Shown here piece by piece: positions 1 to 18,111 of a stretch of 64,000 bases of DNA. Below the pieces are notes generated by a model. It searched no databases and was not told where the DNA came from. It worked only from the letters and a program-made list of their open reading frames with translations. The position numbers and the translations under genes were made by a program. This DNA comes from the human T2T-CHM13v2.0 reference genome, Homo sapiens, in assembly GCF_009914755.1 (NCBI RefSeq), contig NC_060925.1; one strand, 5' to 3'. The stretch's first letter is position 1. Each line of letters begins with the position of its first letter.

Positions 1-344
1 AGCAAATGAATCATGTATGTATATATAATTATAAATGTCCACATTATGTTTTTAGACTGAAAATTTTCAGTTAATTGTCCAAAGTAGAACGTTGGTAACT
101 CTGTCATAAATTCAATACATAGGTATCACACATTTGGTATGGGTATCACACATTTGGTATTGTCCTAAAATCATTGCTTGAGAAAAAAACTTGATTCTGA
201 TTTGGAGAACTTCCTCCCCCAACTTCTGTAGAACATCAAGTTTATCTTCCTCAGATACTTCAACTCTCATAAGATGTCAACTTCACTCTCAGTCTAACTG
301 CCCCACAGATGAGTAGTTAAGGTAACTTTGGAGTAATACCAACT

Positions 345-530
345 TAAGTTTAAATTTCAGCTCAGCTCTGCCACTTACTAGTGTATATCCCAGGCAAGTT
401 CCTAAATTAATCCTGTTTCCTTATACATAAAATTGCAATCATACTACCCAGCCCATTTACCTCAGTAAATGATTATGAAAGTTAGATAAGAAGGTATATA
501 TAAACTAACCATCCCTACCATAGTATGGCA
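345..530 (+). mobile_element. MIR SINE fragment
   Basis: ctcagctctgccacttacta...ggcaagtt...tttccttatacataaaatt resembles the MIR core. Confidence 0.7.
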
Positions 531-859
531 CATGGATCTGCCTTTAACTAGCTAGCAGCTAGCTGGAGAACATACTTAATTCAGGTCCATCTGGAAACTC
601 ATCAGACAGGATTAGCCAGGCAAGAGATGTATTGAGGAAAATGCCTGTGAAGGATCAAGGGAGGGGAAGCAGAAGAAAGCGAGGAAAGCCTCCAGATCAT
701 GCTGCAGCTCTGACATCTGTGGAAGAAGAGAGGGAAAAAGAGACGATGGGGATAGAGAGTCAAAGACTATATAGCACAGTTCCAAAAGAGCCTTGGTTAG
801 GCCAATCAGAGTCCTTGAGCCAAAGTGGCCACGGCTCACGGGAATTAGCCAGCATTCTC

Positions 860-1257
<398 letters not shown>

Positions 1258-1425
1258 CAAAAGAACTGACCAGCTTTCATATACCTGCCATGCTCTGTCA
1301 TTGGTATGGAAAGCCCAGCTCTGTGCAAACATGGTGGTGTGTGCACAGAGGCAACAGCTGGGGCTGTCAGTCAGTCATGCTCCCACAGCAGGAGATCTGA
1401 GCAGTGCACTTTCATGGTGGCCACA

Positions 1426-3000
1426 TTTCACACACTGGACTGCACAGATCCACCTCTGCATGCATGCTCAGGGAGCAGCCTCTCCACAAATCCATGGACT
1501 GCTCTTCCTGAAGGGAAGCTTAGAAGTGATAGGTTAATAGGACAAACTATGGCCAGTTCTCAGGCCCAACCTGGTTCACATCCTGTCCCTTTTGCATGGC
1601 CCATTTCCCTCACCCTTAGCTATCACCTCAGCAAGTCCTGATGTTTTTTTGAGAAATGTTATGTGGTGACGTGACCCAAATCTTCATTCCTTGTGGATCT
1701 GAGCCCTTTGCAGTCATACCCTTCTCAGGCCAGGAGCACTATACACATCCAACCCTAATTCCAGTGAGTCAAGGGAGTACCAGGAAACGCCCAAGGAGAT
1801 CTGGGTTCCACACATCTTCCTCCCTAGCGCCATCCACTTCCTCGGGCTGATGAGGATGGATTCCCCCTGTCACGATGGTGACTCTTTTCTCCTGCTGGTC
1901 CCTGGAGACAAGGAATTCAAAGTGCCCTGGTGGCAGCAGTAATTTGTAATACAATGGGACCTTTGTTGTGTCCCCTGGCAAGAGTACACTGAGTTTGGGG
2001 ACCAGGATCTTTACCACTTGATTAACACAGAGTTTTGGGGACTGGAAGGACAGTTCCCATTGGGTCACTGGGAGTGATGGTAAGTGGGACCACGCCTACT
2101 TTGACCCCTTTGATCCTAGATCCATTTATTCTTTTTATTGTGGACACAGTGCCATATAGAGGTCTCTGATTCAATGCATATCCTGTAGAATGTCATCCCA
2201 GCCTATTAGAGGGTTGCCTCCTATCGCTGCAGGTGTGCTTTTCCAAGGCCATTTCCACACTCTGTGAAGTCAGCTCCTCTGGGTGGTGTTATGTATGACC
2301 TGTGGACCCCACAGTCATGGACCCATGCATTTTGAGATTTTATGTAGCATCTTTTTTGGCTACATATTTGCCTCTAAAGAACACTATGCACTATTAACCG
2401 TCTTTGCAATTCCTGCAGATCAAGCCACCTTGGCTGCTCCTCTGACCTTGTTGGTTATTATGGTAATTGTGACCTCATGGCTTCTGGGAGTTACACACTT
2501 CCAATTGGTCTCCATTCCTTGGCCAGAGTCCCCATCATACACATGGCTGTTAAGGAGCTCAGCTCTGGGATCACTCTCCTACTTTCAGCAATGCCCTGCA
2601 GAGGAGGCTATTATTATACTTCTTAGTGACGCCAATGTCTCTCTCAACAGTGTATTCTTAATGGTCTTAGTGAATAGCGTGTTCTTTGGGCCTCACATGG
2701 AACATAATCCTCAGTGGGTCTTCTGGTCTTACATGATATTTCCATCCTAACATGCCCCTTCCCTCAGCCTTTTAATCCTTCCTATACCTTCTGCCAGGGC
2801 AACTTGGGCTTCTCCACTTTACCCAGGTTAACAACCACCTTTTCCAGGCTTCTAAGAGCCACCCCACGATAAGTTTACCCTCATTCTCTAGGGTCCTTGC
2901 TGGGGTATTAGATCGTGTGTCTTGAAAGAGTGCCCTTAAGTCTGAGCTCCAGAAATAGCTATACTTCTCTTGGGCAATGTTCCTTATCACTTACATACCT
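1426..3000 (-). mobile_element. ERV-L (ERV3-16A3/HERV16-type) internal relic: gag, integrase and dUTPase fragments
   Basis: ORF 2772..2990 (GWLLEAWKRW) is ERV-L gag-like; 2100-2320 is integrase-core-like; ORF 1769..2068 (LLPGDTTKVPL...LPPGHF...TGGIHP) is dUTPase-like. Confidence 0.8.
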
Positions 3001-3138
3001 GATTGTATTTCTCCCTTTGATCTGATTGCTAAGAAGTTCAGAATCAAATTTTAATCATACATCTATTACATATACAGGATACAGATACATAGAAACTTAT
3101 AACATGTACTTTCTATATTGTCCTCACAACAGCTTCAT

Positions 3139-3456
3139 CTTGTTTGTTTGTTTGTTTGTTTGTTTGTTTGTTGAGATAGGATCTCCCTCTGTCGCCCAAG
3201 CTGGAGTGTAGTGGCACAACCACAGCTCACTCCAGCCTTGACCTCCTGGCTCAGGCCATCCTCCCACCTCAGCCTCCCAAGTAGCTATGACTGCAAGTGC
3301 ATGCCACCACACCCAGCTAAATTTTGTTTCATTTTTTGTAGAGATGAGGTCTTGCTATGTTGCCTAGGCTGGTCTCGAACCCCTGGGCTCAAGCAGTCCT
3401 CCTGTCTCAGCATCCCAAAGTACTGGGATTACAGGCATGAGCCACTGCACCCAGCC
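3139..3456 (-). mobile_element. AluJ
   Basis: Full dimer with J-type cacagctcactccagccttgacctcctggctc; (TTTG)n tail. Confidence 0.9.
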
Positions 3457-3459
3457 ATC

Positions 3460-3735
3460 TTTTTTTTTTTTTTTAGATGGAGTCTTGCTCTGTGGAGCAA
3501 TCTTGGCTCACTGCAAGCTCTGCCTCCTGGGTTCCTGCCATTCTCCTGCCTCAGCCTCCCGACTAGGTGGGACTACAGGCATCCACCACCATGCCCGGCT
3601 AATTTTTTGTGTTTTTAATAGAGACGGGGGTTTCACCGTGTTAGCAAGGATGGTCTCAATCTCCTGACCTCATGATCTACACGTCTTGGCCTCCCAAAGT
3701 GCTGGGATTACAGGCGTGAGCCACCGCGCCTGACC
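3460..3735 (-). mobile_element. AluY-like, short internal deletion
   Basis: ctgcaagctc, gccattctcc and ggatggtctc diagnostics. Confidence 0.85.
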
Positions 3736-3779
3736 CTAATTTTTAACTTATTTTCACTTCATACTGAATCTCTTACTTG

Positions 3780-3990
3780 CATTTGTTGAACACACTATCT
3801 GCCCAGCACTGTGCTAAGTACATATGTGTTATCTCATTTAATCCTGGCTTCCCTACTGTGGGATCTTGAGCAAGATACTGAATTTCCATAAGCTTTAATT
3901 TCATCGTCATCGGTAAGTAAGGATGATACTAATGTCCACTTTGTAGAATTATAATGAGGATTAACGATGGTAGTTAATGTCAGTAGTTAT
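3780..3990. mobile_element. MIR fragments
   Basis: cactgtgctaag...atctcatttaatcct (minus) followed by ttgagcaag...gaggattaa (plus). Confidence 0.6.
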
Positions 3991-4002
3991 TAAAATATAC
4001 TT

Positions 4003-4308
<306 letters not shown>

Positions 4309-5118
4309 CACTCAAATCTTTTTGCCTAAAACAACTCAAAATATCTGATTTAATTATTGTATAGGATGTCAATGTAGTAATGTCCAGAAAGATAAACATT
4401 AGTTTATTATAAAAACACTTAACATACAGAGCAGAATAAGTGTTACTAATCTTATTTATTATGGCTTTAATCTAATTGAAGGCTTTCGTGGTTCCTATAA
4501 TTAACGGCAACATAACAGAATCAATAAAGCTTAAGACATAATGAATGTCCATATAGAACACTCTTTTATGGGGTTTTTCTTAAATAGGTAAATGAGATGA
4601 TGGCCTCCTCTGAGGCCAGTGAGCCCAAGGATGCTTTACTTCAAAATCCATTCAGTTTTACAGGAATATCAGATTGCTCTGGGCTGACTTACTAGCCGTA
4701 ATAACAAGGCTTATTCTACTCCTGGGATTTAGTATACTGTATTAATAATTTAAAAACCTTATAAGCAGATGCTATTCTGACAATCAAGGCCGGGGTGCTA
4801 GAAAGGCTGCTGGATCAGAAAGCAGGACACTTGCATGCTGGATGAGCTCTTTGATAGATTAAAAAAAAAAAAAAACTTAGGGTGGTCTTTTTACTGTCTC
4901 TGAGCTCAGATATCTCCTTAGTTTGGATCACATTATTTTATGATACCTATCAGCATCAAAATTCCGTGCATCTTTATTGTTTTAACTTTACTGTGTCCAC
5001 GTACAGGTTATTGGCCACGAAATCATGTATGCATTTGACAAGTGGGATAACTGAAGTGTAAAGTTTAAATTACATTCCAAAAAGCAATAGGAAAATAAAT
5101 TGTAGCTGAACAAGAACT

Positions 5119-5440
5119 GGCCAGGCACAGTGGCTCCTGCCGGTAATCCCAGCACTTTGGGAGGCCAAGGCAGGAGGATCACTTGAGGAGTTTAAGACCA
5201 GCCTGGGCAACATAGTGAGACCTCCTCTCTATAAAAAAAAATGAATAAATAAAAATTAGCCATGTACAATGGTGTGCAGCTATAGCTGCAACTACTTGGA
5301 AGCTGAGGTGGGAGGATTGCTTGACCCCAGGAGTTCGAGGCTGTAGTGAGCTATGCTCATGCCATTGCACCCCAGAATGGGTGACAGAGTGAGACCTCAC
5401 TTCTAAAAAAAAGAAATAAAATGAAATAAAAATAGAAAAG
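5119..5440 (+). mobile_element. AluJ
   Basis: Dimer with ggaggattgcttgaccccaggagttcgaggctgtagtgag. Confidence 0.9.
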
Positions 5441-6560
5441 AATTAGATGTGACTTCTTCCCAAGTTCTAATATTCTCTTATTCTGCTAGGAGAGTGATAC
5501 ATAGAAATTATATATTCTCAGAGGTCTATGGCATCCAACACTTTAAGTCAATTCAGCAAATACTTACTCAGTACAAGTATGTGCCAAGCACTGTGTTAAT
5601 TTTTTATAACATGATGCAGGATACATATGATCAGTAACAATCAACTGATCAGCTACATGTATAGGGTACTATACTAGGCCCTTGGCAGGGGTGGCCACTC
5701 TTCCTGTAGTGTGTAGAGGAAAAGGCAAGACATCCATCTGAAAAATAGATAATCAAGCATCAAATGGCTGATACAGACATAAATGTCATAAGATTTCAGA
5801 GACAGGAAACATTACCGAAAATCCAGATAGACTTCATGGGGCTTGTGAAATGTGAACCGAACCATGAAGGACACTGAAAAAGAGGCAGGAAAGTGTCAGG
5901 CCTATTTAATTGGCATTTATATCCTTCCCAGAATTGTTAAGATTAGGTTTATTTTTGTGTCTGAAATGCACGTGTATTGTCTTCCCTCAATTTTAGGTAC
6001 CACGACAGCAGAAACCATGTATAATACAATATTTATATTGATTCAGCATGACAGATATTTGTAGAGCATCTACTATACGTCAGACACTGTACTAAGTAAG
6101 CTTTGGAGGGGAGGGAAAGGTCAAGAAGGAAAGAGAAAAGACTTGGAGATAAAACTCAGAAGTCAGATGAGACCTGTTTGTTGCTGAAAGATCTGGGTAA
6201 ACTTGGTTTGAACTCTCAACACGGTGCCTGGACTGTGGAAGTGTAAAGCCCTTTCAAGAGTGAGGTAACTTCTGGAGGGACACTTCCACCTCCTCATTCT
6301 ACTCTGTTTTGCACCATGTTACAATGAAGGCACTCACACAAAGCTCCCTGGGTTTGGCAGCCATCCCTGAAGATGTAGGTAGGTAGGAATCACAGCTCTG
6401 CTGCCCTGGTGGCTGCTTTCTCCATTTTCCCTCTGCCCTCCCTCCTTTTGCCCTCGCGTTCTCCATTGCAGATTGCCCCCCAAAATTTCCAAAACCTCCC
6501 TGCAGTATGCACAGCAAGTTGACCCTCCTCTAACAGCTGGATCCTTGGTCTCAATTTTCT

Positions 6561-6988
6561 TTTTTTTTTTTAAACTCTTTTTTTATATATATATATACTT
6601 TAAGTTTTAGGGTACATGTGCACAACGTGCCGGTTTGTCACATATGTATACATGTGCCATGTTGGTGTGCTGCACCCATTAACTCGTCATTTACATTAGG
6701 TATACCTCCTAATGCTATCCCACCCTCCTCCCCCTACCCCACGACAGGCCCTGGTGTGTGATGTTCCCCTTCCTGTGTCCGAGAGTTCTCATTGTTCAGT
6801 TCCCACCTATGGAGTGAGAACATGCGGTGTTTGGTTTTTTGTCCTTGCGATAGTTTGCTGAGAATGATGGTTTCCAGCTTCATCCATGTCCCTACAAAGG
6901 ACATGAACTCATCATTTTTTATGGCTGCATAGTATTCCATGGTGTATATGTGCCACATTTTCTTAATCCAGTCTATCATTGTTGGGCA
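6561..6988 (-). mobile_element. L1PA (about L1PA3-5) 5'-truncated 3' end
   Basis: ORF2 C-terminus (WHIYTMEYYAAIKNDEFMSFVGTWMKLETIILSKL), 3'UTR and T-tract; 10-bp TSD tcaattttct at 6551-6560 and 6989-6998. Confidence 0.95.
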
Positions 6989-8087
6989 TCAATTTTCTAC
7001 CTCAAGCATTTTCCAACCTATTTATTCTATTACACCTAATTTCTCAACTGATTTTTTCCAAGCCTAGATGCTTCTATTTTCAGGAAGAAATATGGCACCA
7101 GCTGTAAAACAATGGCGATATTGTCTCCACCTTGTTACACAGAGATAAGTGCCCTGGTAACTCTAAGAGAAACCCACAGGGCTATGAAGGGACAGAAAGA
7201 GAAAGTACAGGAAATGAGTCAGGAAGGGTTTTTTGGACCTTTCTAAGTGATCTCTCTCTCTGTCCTGAATTCACACAGTATTTATTGCCTACATCATTCC
7301 TTGGAAACGTGTCTTTTAATGCCTTCTATTGCTGTTTGTCTTTCCTTCTGTTGGTGCTATATCTCCTTGACCAGATGTTTTGCAGTTCCAGTACGGCAGG
7401 CTTTTCCCTTCACCCCTGGAACGCTCGTGGCACCTGGCCCAGTGCCTCCAGGGTAAAATGGGCCTCACTGATTGGTCTGTTGAGCCTCAACCTGTGGGAG
7501 CTTTATGATTTGCCTAGTTTCACAAGACCTTCCCTAAATTTTCCTAAAAATGCCACATGGCAGGTGTTTGTTTCAATTAAAATAAATTAAAATATCTCTA
7601 AGAATGCACTGAGTATTTAATCAATTTGCTTGAGATGGCTGGAGATGTCCACTCAAATTCCAGCAATGAGGACCTGGAAAGGACTAACATGTATTTAAGT
7701 ACCCTTACCTCCCAGCCATCTGCTTTCATTCTCAAAATCACCTTTTGAGGTGAGATTAGGTGATTTGCCAGTGTTTACACTATTACACAGCAGGAACTGA
7801 AGTTTTAACAGGGCACACCTAGCTTCAAAGCTCCTGTTCTTTTCACTGTCTCACACTCCAGGATAATAATGCCCCTTTAGAGATATTCAAATTTTCATCA
7901 TCACTAAGAAGAGCACTTATCCACTAGGATGCAAACTAAACAAACTATCCCAACAGTTAGTGTCCTGGAGATGTAAAAAGAAAGTTGACTCCATGAACTT
8001 GAACAAGTGGCTTCACCTTTCCGAGCTTCCAGTTACTTATCTGTACATATACAATTCTACAGAGTTGATGTCAACACTAAGTTAAAT

Positions 8088-8143
8088 AACACACACACAC
8101 ACACACGCACACACACACGCACACACACGCACACACACACACA
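8088..8143. repeat. (CA)n microsatellite
   Basis: Interrupted CA run. Confidence 0.95.
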
Positions 8144-8644
8144 TACAACCAGGGAAGCAGTCTTTCTGTTGGCTGAAAAAGATCAACTGTATTCTTTGAA
8201 GATTTCGAGTGTTAAGTTAAAATCCTCCTTCCTTTTACAGAGTGTAAAATGGGAGCTGACACTCAGGTCTGACATTCAGATGAGTTGGGCAGGTGTCTTT
8301 TAACTGAGTTAACGCATTATGTGATTTGGGAGGGGCATTAGCTGACTCACACAAGAGCAGATTAACCATTACCCCAACATCACACAGCAGCAGCCACAGT
8401 CCGGGAGGTAAATTGGCACCACCATCCATATTCTTTGAAGCCCTTCTCCACAGTAACTACCATTGCCCCTCAAACAGGGCCCTTTCAGATTATTGCAATC
8501 AGCCCAGGTAGGAGGTAAAAGGGTTGAAGGTATGACCATTATAAAATACGAGGAAGTTCTCTGGGGGAGGATTTGGGGGAATGGAACCACTCTCCCCAGT
8601 CCCTTAATGACACCAAGTCCTGCTGGCTTATGTCTCTAAGACCA

Positions 8645-8774
8645 CAGGCTTGGCAGTGAATGAGAGCTGAGTTTTAGCTCTGCTTCATCCTAGTTGTGTG
8701 GCTGTGAGTAGTACATTACTACTTTAAATCTCAGTTTTTTAATCTGTAAAATGGGAGTGATAATATTTTCTGTC
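8645..8774 (+). mobile_element. MIR, 5' part (split by the SLC2A3 retrocopy)
   Basis: tcagttttttaatctgtaaaatgggagtgataata; continues at 12570. Confidence 0.8.
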
Positions 8775-12568
<3,794 letters not shown>

Positions 12569-12569
12569 C

Positions 12570-12973
12570 TATTTTCTATCTTCTAAAGTTGTTGTGAAGA
12601 TTAAGTTAAATAATAAGCTGGGTGCAGTGGCTCATGTCTGTAATCCCAGCACTTTGGAGGGCTGAGGCAAGAAGATCACTTGAGCCCAGGTGTTATTCAA
12701 GACCAGCCTGGGAAACAGAGAGAGACCGTCTCTACAAAAAAATGGTGTTGCATGCCTGTAGTCCCAGCTACTTGGGAGGCTGAGGTGGGAGGCTTGAGCC
12801 CAGGAGGTCAAGGCTGCAGTGAGCCATGATTGTGCCACTGCCCTCCAGCCTGGGTGACAGAGTGAGACACTGCCCAACAGCCACCCCCCACCCAAAAAAA
12901 AAATATAAAGCACTTAGTACAGTATCTGGCATATTGTAAGCTCTTTATAAAGTTGATTATTATTTTATTATTA
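12570..12973 (+). mobile_element. MIR, 3' part, itself split by an AluJ
   Basis: gttgttgtgaagattaagttaaataata ... taaagcacttagtacagtatctggcatattgtaagctc. Confidence 0.8.
12617..12903 (+). mobile_element. AluJ
   Basis: gagcccaggaggtcaaggctgcagtgagccatgattgtgcc. Confidence 0.9.
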
Positions 12974-13179
12974 GCAGGGACCAAGGCCTTAACGTTGTAA
13001 GATGCAGGGAAATAACAAAAGGAAAGAAAGGCTCCCTGTTGCTGAAGCAGCCATTGCCACAGTCAGGTGCACAAGGTCTAGCACAATTTGGCTCCCAGCC
13101 AATCTTACCCTACGGTTACCTGCACGCACTCCCTGAAAACTTCCTTAGTTCCTCAAGGTAGGCAGAATTCCTCCTTTAG

Positions 13180-13385
13180 TTTCCCAGAGTACTTTGCATG
13201 TACTTTTCTACTTTCCCTTATCACAATCCATTCTATTTTGCTTGCATATCTATTCACTCTACCCTACCTTATCCCAGGCTGTGAGTTTATGGACAGCAGG
13301 AACCAAGCAGTCATCCTTGTATTTGCAGCCATAGGCATTCTGTAAGTATTGGATGAGGATGGAAGGATAGATGGATAGACAGACA
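13180..13385 (+). mobile_element. L2 3' end fragment
   Basis: ggctgtgagttt...ggacagcaggaacc...tgtattt...ggatgga-type tail. Confidence 0.55.
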
Positions 13386-14038
13386 GATAAGGAACATGGG
13401 ATAACTAGTGACTTGGTAAAGGATTAGGCCTGGGTACCCAGGAGACCAATTAAAACAGTCATTGCTTCACAAGCTTCTCTAAGGCTGGATCTGAACAGAA
13501 GTGCAAAGGGCATGACATTTGAAGAATTGTTTGCCTGGTGTGGATGGTTAGGCAATCTACATGTGCCTTCAAGGGAAAAGCATGGCTAGTTGGTGACTGC
13601 TGACAAAGTTGGTATCAGGCAGAACACCTTGGCAACCAGAAGCCAAGGCAGGATGATGCCTCTAAGTCTTCCTGCAGCCTGAAAAGTTAATAGATTAGTC
13701 AATTAGAAGCAAGTCCTTTGAAGTGTGGTCAGTTTCAGGCAGACTTGTGGACAATGACTATTCTCTCTGTGATTGTGTTCACTGTAAACAATGATGCAAG
13801 ACCTAAAGATAGAAAGGGGATGTGAAATGTTGTTCTCACAGAAGATGGACTGTCTGGAGATAACATTTCCAAGTACCTAGAGTATAAAGTATTTTATAAC
13901 ATAGGGCAATATAGAGGGAGATGCTGTATCTTGACTTTTCAGAAACCATTCTTATTTTATTCATTTTGTTCAAAGCAATTGAAGATGATAATATTTATTG
14001 ATTGATCACTTATTGTGTACCTCATACTTTTTAAGAAA

Positions 14039-14247
14039 GTGATATGCTAGAGTTGGCCTTCCCTGGCTCATGAGAGTCAATTATGTGTGTGTTTTCTCAA
14101 GCCGCATTAGAAGATTTTACACTGGCATCTTAAATTCGGCCATATCAGGAATATTTACACCATGGAAACTGGCAAACACTAAAAATCAGGGTTTTCAGTC
14201 CCATCCCTTCTGAGAGCTGCTTGTCAAATATTTACTGCACACTACTG
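14039..14247 (-). mobile_element. MER63A-like hAT DNA transposon fossil
   Basis: aaattcggccat...atttacaccatggaaactggcaaacactaaaaatcaggg...tttactgcacactactg. Confidence 0.7.
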
Positions 14248-14259
14248 ATTTTACAATAA

Positions 14260-14410
14260 ATGATCCTAATTAGCCCTTCCCATATTCCTACTTTACAGAT
14301 GAGAAATTGAAGTTTAGAGATTAAATAATTCACTTATTACAAACTTTTTGGTGGCACAGGCAGGATTAAAATTCAGACCATCTGTCTCCAAAGTTCATTC
14401 ATTTAACCAT
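14260..14410 (-). mobile_element. MIR
   Basis: tttacagatgagaaattgaagtttagaga...ggcagggcaggattaaaattcag-like core. Confidence 0.7.
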
Positions 14411-14602
14411 TTAATTATTTTAAGATTTCAAACTCTACTTAGGTCAGCAAAATGGCAGAGTAGGCAGCCCCAAGCTCCTGTCCCCCCCATAGAAACTCAA
14501 AAAACAAGCAGAATCTGTCAGAATTAACTTCTTCAGACTCTGGAAAAAAGTCAGAGGCTTACAGCCACCAAGTGGATGCTGAATTAAGAAAAATAAAAAA
14601 TG

Positions 14603-14905
14603 GGCCAGTTGCAGTGGTGGCTCATGCCTGTAATCCCAGCATTTTGGGAGGTCAAGACAAGAGGATCTCTTGAGCCCAGGAGTTTCAGACTAGCCTGGGA
14701 AACACAGTGAGACCCTGCCTCTATAAAAAATAAAAAAATAAAAATCAGCCAGGCCTGGTGGTGCATGCCTGTAGTCCCAACTACTGGGGAGGCTGAAGTG
14801 GGAGGATCATTTGAGCCTGGGAAGTCAAGGCTGCAGTGAACTATGATCTTGACACTGCACTGAAGCCTGGGTGAAAGAGTGAGCCCCTAACTAAAATAAA
14901 TAAAA
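14603..14905 (+). mobile_element. AluJ
   Basis: Full J-type dimer. Confidence 0.9.
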
Positions 14906-14911
14906 TTTAAA

Positions 14912-14987
14912 AATATATATATATGTATGTATGTGTATATATATATGTATGTGTATATATATGTATGTATGTATATATATATGTATA

Positions 14988-15042
<55 letters not shown>
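14912..15042. repeat. Compound (TA)n/(TG)n/(TATG)n microsatellite
   Basis: Read directly. Confidence 0.95.
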
Positions 15043-15048
<6 letters not shown>

Positions 15049-15057
15049 CAGAGATAA

Positions 15058-15421
<364 letters not shown>

Positions 15422-16038
15422 TTATTTGCTGTTATTCCACACCTTACCTTGCAATGGTCCTGAAGACAGCAGCCCATACTGTCGGCATGGGAGTGGGGTC
15501 CCTGGTTCTAGAGGGAGCAAAGCAGACCTTATTTGCAAATTATTGTGTAGATCGGTTTTAACCTGTCTGTACGTGAAGGACTGGCACAAAATGCTCACCT
15601 CTGTTTGCCTAACTCTGAACTAACCCAGATTGGAAAAGCAGCAGGCATTGCTTGAATCATCATAAGGTAGAAGAACAAGGCCTGAGGCAAAAGGTCACAG
15701 TTGAGACATGCAATAAACCACCTAAGGCTTGGGCAAAAAATTTGAGAACAGAGTTTCTTTGGGAAGTTAGGACAATCAGAAGCACCTGTGAATGCAGGGA
15801 ATTTAGACAGCCATGCATGTGCCCAGGGCAAGATGCTTGCTCAGAAAAGACATGATTAAAAACTTCAGGTTTCATCACAGCTGATTCCTAAGCTCAGTGA
15901 AAGCCTGGCTAAGTGTTGAAGGAGGGCCCCAGTACACGCCCAATTGGCAAAAACTGAGAAAAGTATTTTTGTTTGTTTGTTTGTTTTGTTTTTTAGCTCT
16001 TGACATTCAGGTAAAATTCTGTCAAAGCACTCACTGAA

Positions 16039-16340
16039 GGCCAGGCGTGGTGGCTCACGCCTATAATCCCAGTACTTTGGGAGGCTGAGGCAGGCAGATC
16101 ACTTGCGGTCAGGAGTTCGAGGCCAGCCCGGACAACATGGTGAAACCCCATCTCTACTAAAAATACAAAATTTAGCTGGGTGTGGTGGCATGTGCCTGCA
16201 ATCTTAGCTACACAGGAGGCTGAGGCAGGAGAATTGCTTGAACCTGGGAGATTGCAGTGAGCTGACATCAGGCCAGTTCACTCCAGCCTGGGCAACAGAG
16301 CAAAAACTCTGTCTCAAAAACAAACAAACAAACAAAAAAA
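16039..16340 (+). mobile_element. AluS
   Basis: Full dimer; TSD cactcactgaa at 16028-16038 and 16344-16354. Confidence 0.9.
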
Positions 16341-16652
16341 CCCCACTCACTGAATACAAGCTAAGGGACAGAGACTTCAGCAACCACACATGACAAAGAA
16401 AAGTCTCTGCAAAAATAGGAAAAGTTACTAGAACAAGACTATTACAGGTCTCAACAATGAAAACAAAAACAACCACACACACAAAAAAATAAATAAAATA
16501 AAACAGTAAACCCCAAAGAAGGAGAAGAATCTTATTTTCAGAGTTGCCACAATATACTATTCAAAAGTCCAGTTTTCAAAAACAACAACAAAAAAAATCA
16601 CAAGAAGGTACACAAAGAAACAGGAAAGTATACTTCAATAAAAGAAAATATG

Positions 16653-16980
16653 GGCCAGGCACGGTCGCTCACGCCTGTAATCCCAGCACTTTGGCAGGCA
16701 GAGGCAGGCGGATTGCCTGAGATCAGGAGTTCGAAATCAGCCTGGGCAACATGGTAAAACCCCATCTCTACTAAAATACAAAAAATTAGCCGGCAGTGGT
16801 AGCATGTGCCTGTAGTCCCAGCTACTTGGAGGCTGAGGCAGGAGAATTGCTTGAACCTGGGAGGCAGGGTTGCAGTGACCTGAGATTGCACCACTGCATT
16901 CCAGCCTGGGCGACAGAGCGAGACTCCGTCTCAAAAAAAAAAAAAAAAAAAAGAAAAGAAGAAAAAAAAAAAGAAAAGAA
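16653..16980 (+). mobile_element. AluS
   Basis: Full dimer with long A tail. Confidence 0.9.
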
Positions 16981-17233
16981 GCTGACAAAAACCACGTGTG
17001 AGGAAGCCCAGATATTGAACTTATTAGACAAAAACTTTAAAACAATGCTCTTAAATATGCTCAAAGAGCTAAAGGAAAATGTGGACATAAAACTAAAGAA
17101 AATCAGGAAAATAGTGTATGAACAAAATGAGAACACCAGTACAAAGATAGAATTTATGAAAAGGAACCAAACAGAAGTTTTGGAGCAGAAAAGTAGTAGA
17201 ATAACTGAAATGAAAAAAACCACTAGAGGGGTT

Positions 17234-17500
17234 TGTATTAGTTTGCTAGGGCTACCATAACAAAATATAACAGACTGAGTGGCTTGAACAACAAAAATAT
17301 ATTTTCTCACAGTTCTGGAAGCTGGAAGTCCAAGATCAAGATGCTGGCAGGGTTGGTTTCCTCTGTGGCCTCTTTCCTTGGCTTGTAGATTGCTGCTCTC
17401 TTGCTACCTCTTCACATGGTCGTACTTCTGTGCATGCACACTGTGATATTTCTTCTTCTTATACAGAAACCAATCATATTGGATTAAGGCCCTAACCTAG
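17234..17500 (-). mobile_element. MLT1A-type MaLR LTR (partial)
   Basis: tgtattagtttgctagggctaccataacaaaa...ctcacagttctggaagctggaagtccaagatcaag. Confidence 0.85.
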
Positions 17501-18111
17501 CCATTTAAATCTAATTGTCTCAAACTAAATAATTACATGTATTTTAATTTAATTAGTTTGATCACCAGGAATGCAGATGCCTGCTTTCAAAACTGCTATT
17601 CAACATCCTACTGAAAATTCTAGCCAGAGCAAGTTGACAGGAAGCAGAAAGAAAGAGCATCCAAATGGGAAAGAAAGAAGTAAAACTGTATCTCTACGAC
17701 CAAAGAATCTACAAGAAACCTACTTGAACTAATAAATGAATTCAACAAAGTTGCAGGTTATAAAATCAACACACAAAAATCAGTTGTCTATACATCAGCA
17801 GTGGATATTTGAAAAGGAAATAAAGCAATTCTATCTGCATTACAATCGCATCAAAAAGTATAAGATACTTAGGAATAAATTTATCCAAAGAAGTAAATAT
17901 TATACACTGAAAACTGTAAAAACATTGCTGAAAGAGATTAATGAAGAAATAAATAAATTAGAAGTTACCCACATTCATAAACTGGAAGACTTAGTATTGT
18001 TAAGATGACAATACCCAAAACAATGTACAGATTCAACACAATCCCTATAAAAATCCCAATAGCTTTTTTGCTCAATGGAAAAAGCATATCCTCAAATTCA
18101 TATGTGATTGT

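Noticed and set aside
2283-2750. 155-aa hydrophobic ORF as a membrane protein
   Set aside because: It is the antisense reading of the ERV-L gag relic.
7132-7590. 152-aa ORF in apparently unique DNA
   Set aside because: Non-ATG start, no recognisable homology and no supported exon structure; a lncRNA exon cannot be excluded.
16796-17260. Lys/Glu-rich coiled-coil ORFs (also 39808..40128 and 40258..40641)
   Set aside because: Decayed L1 ORF1 remnants joined to Alu tails or GA-rich low-complexity sequence.
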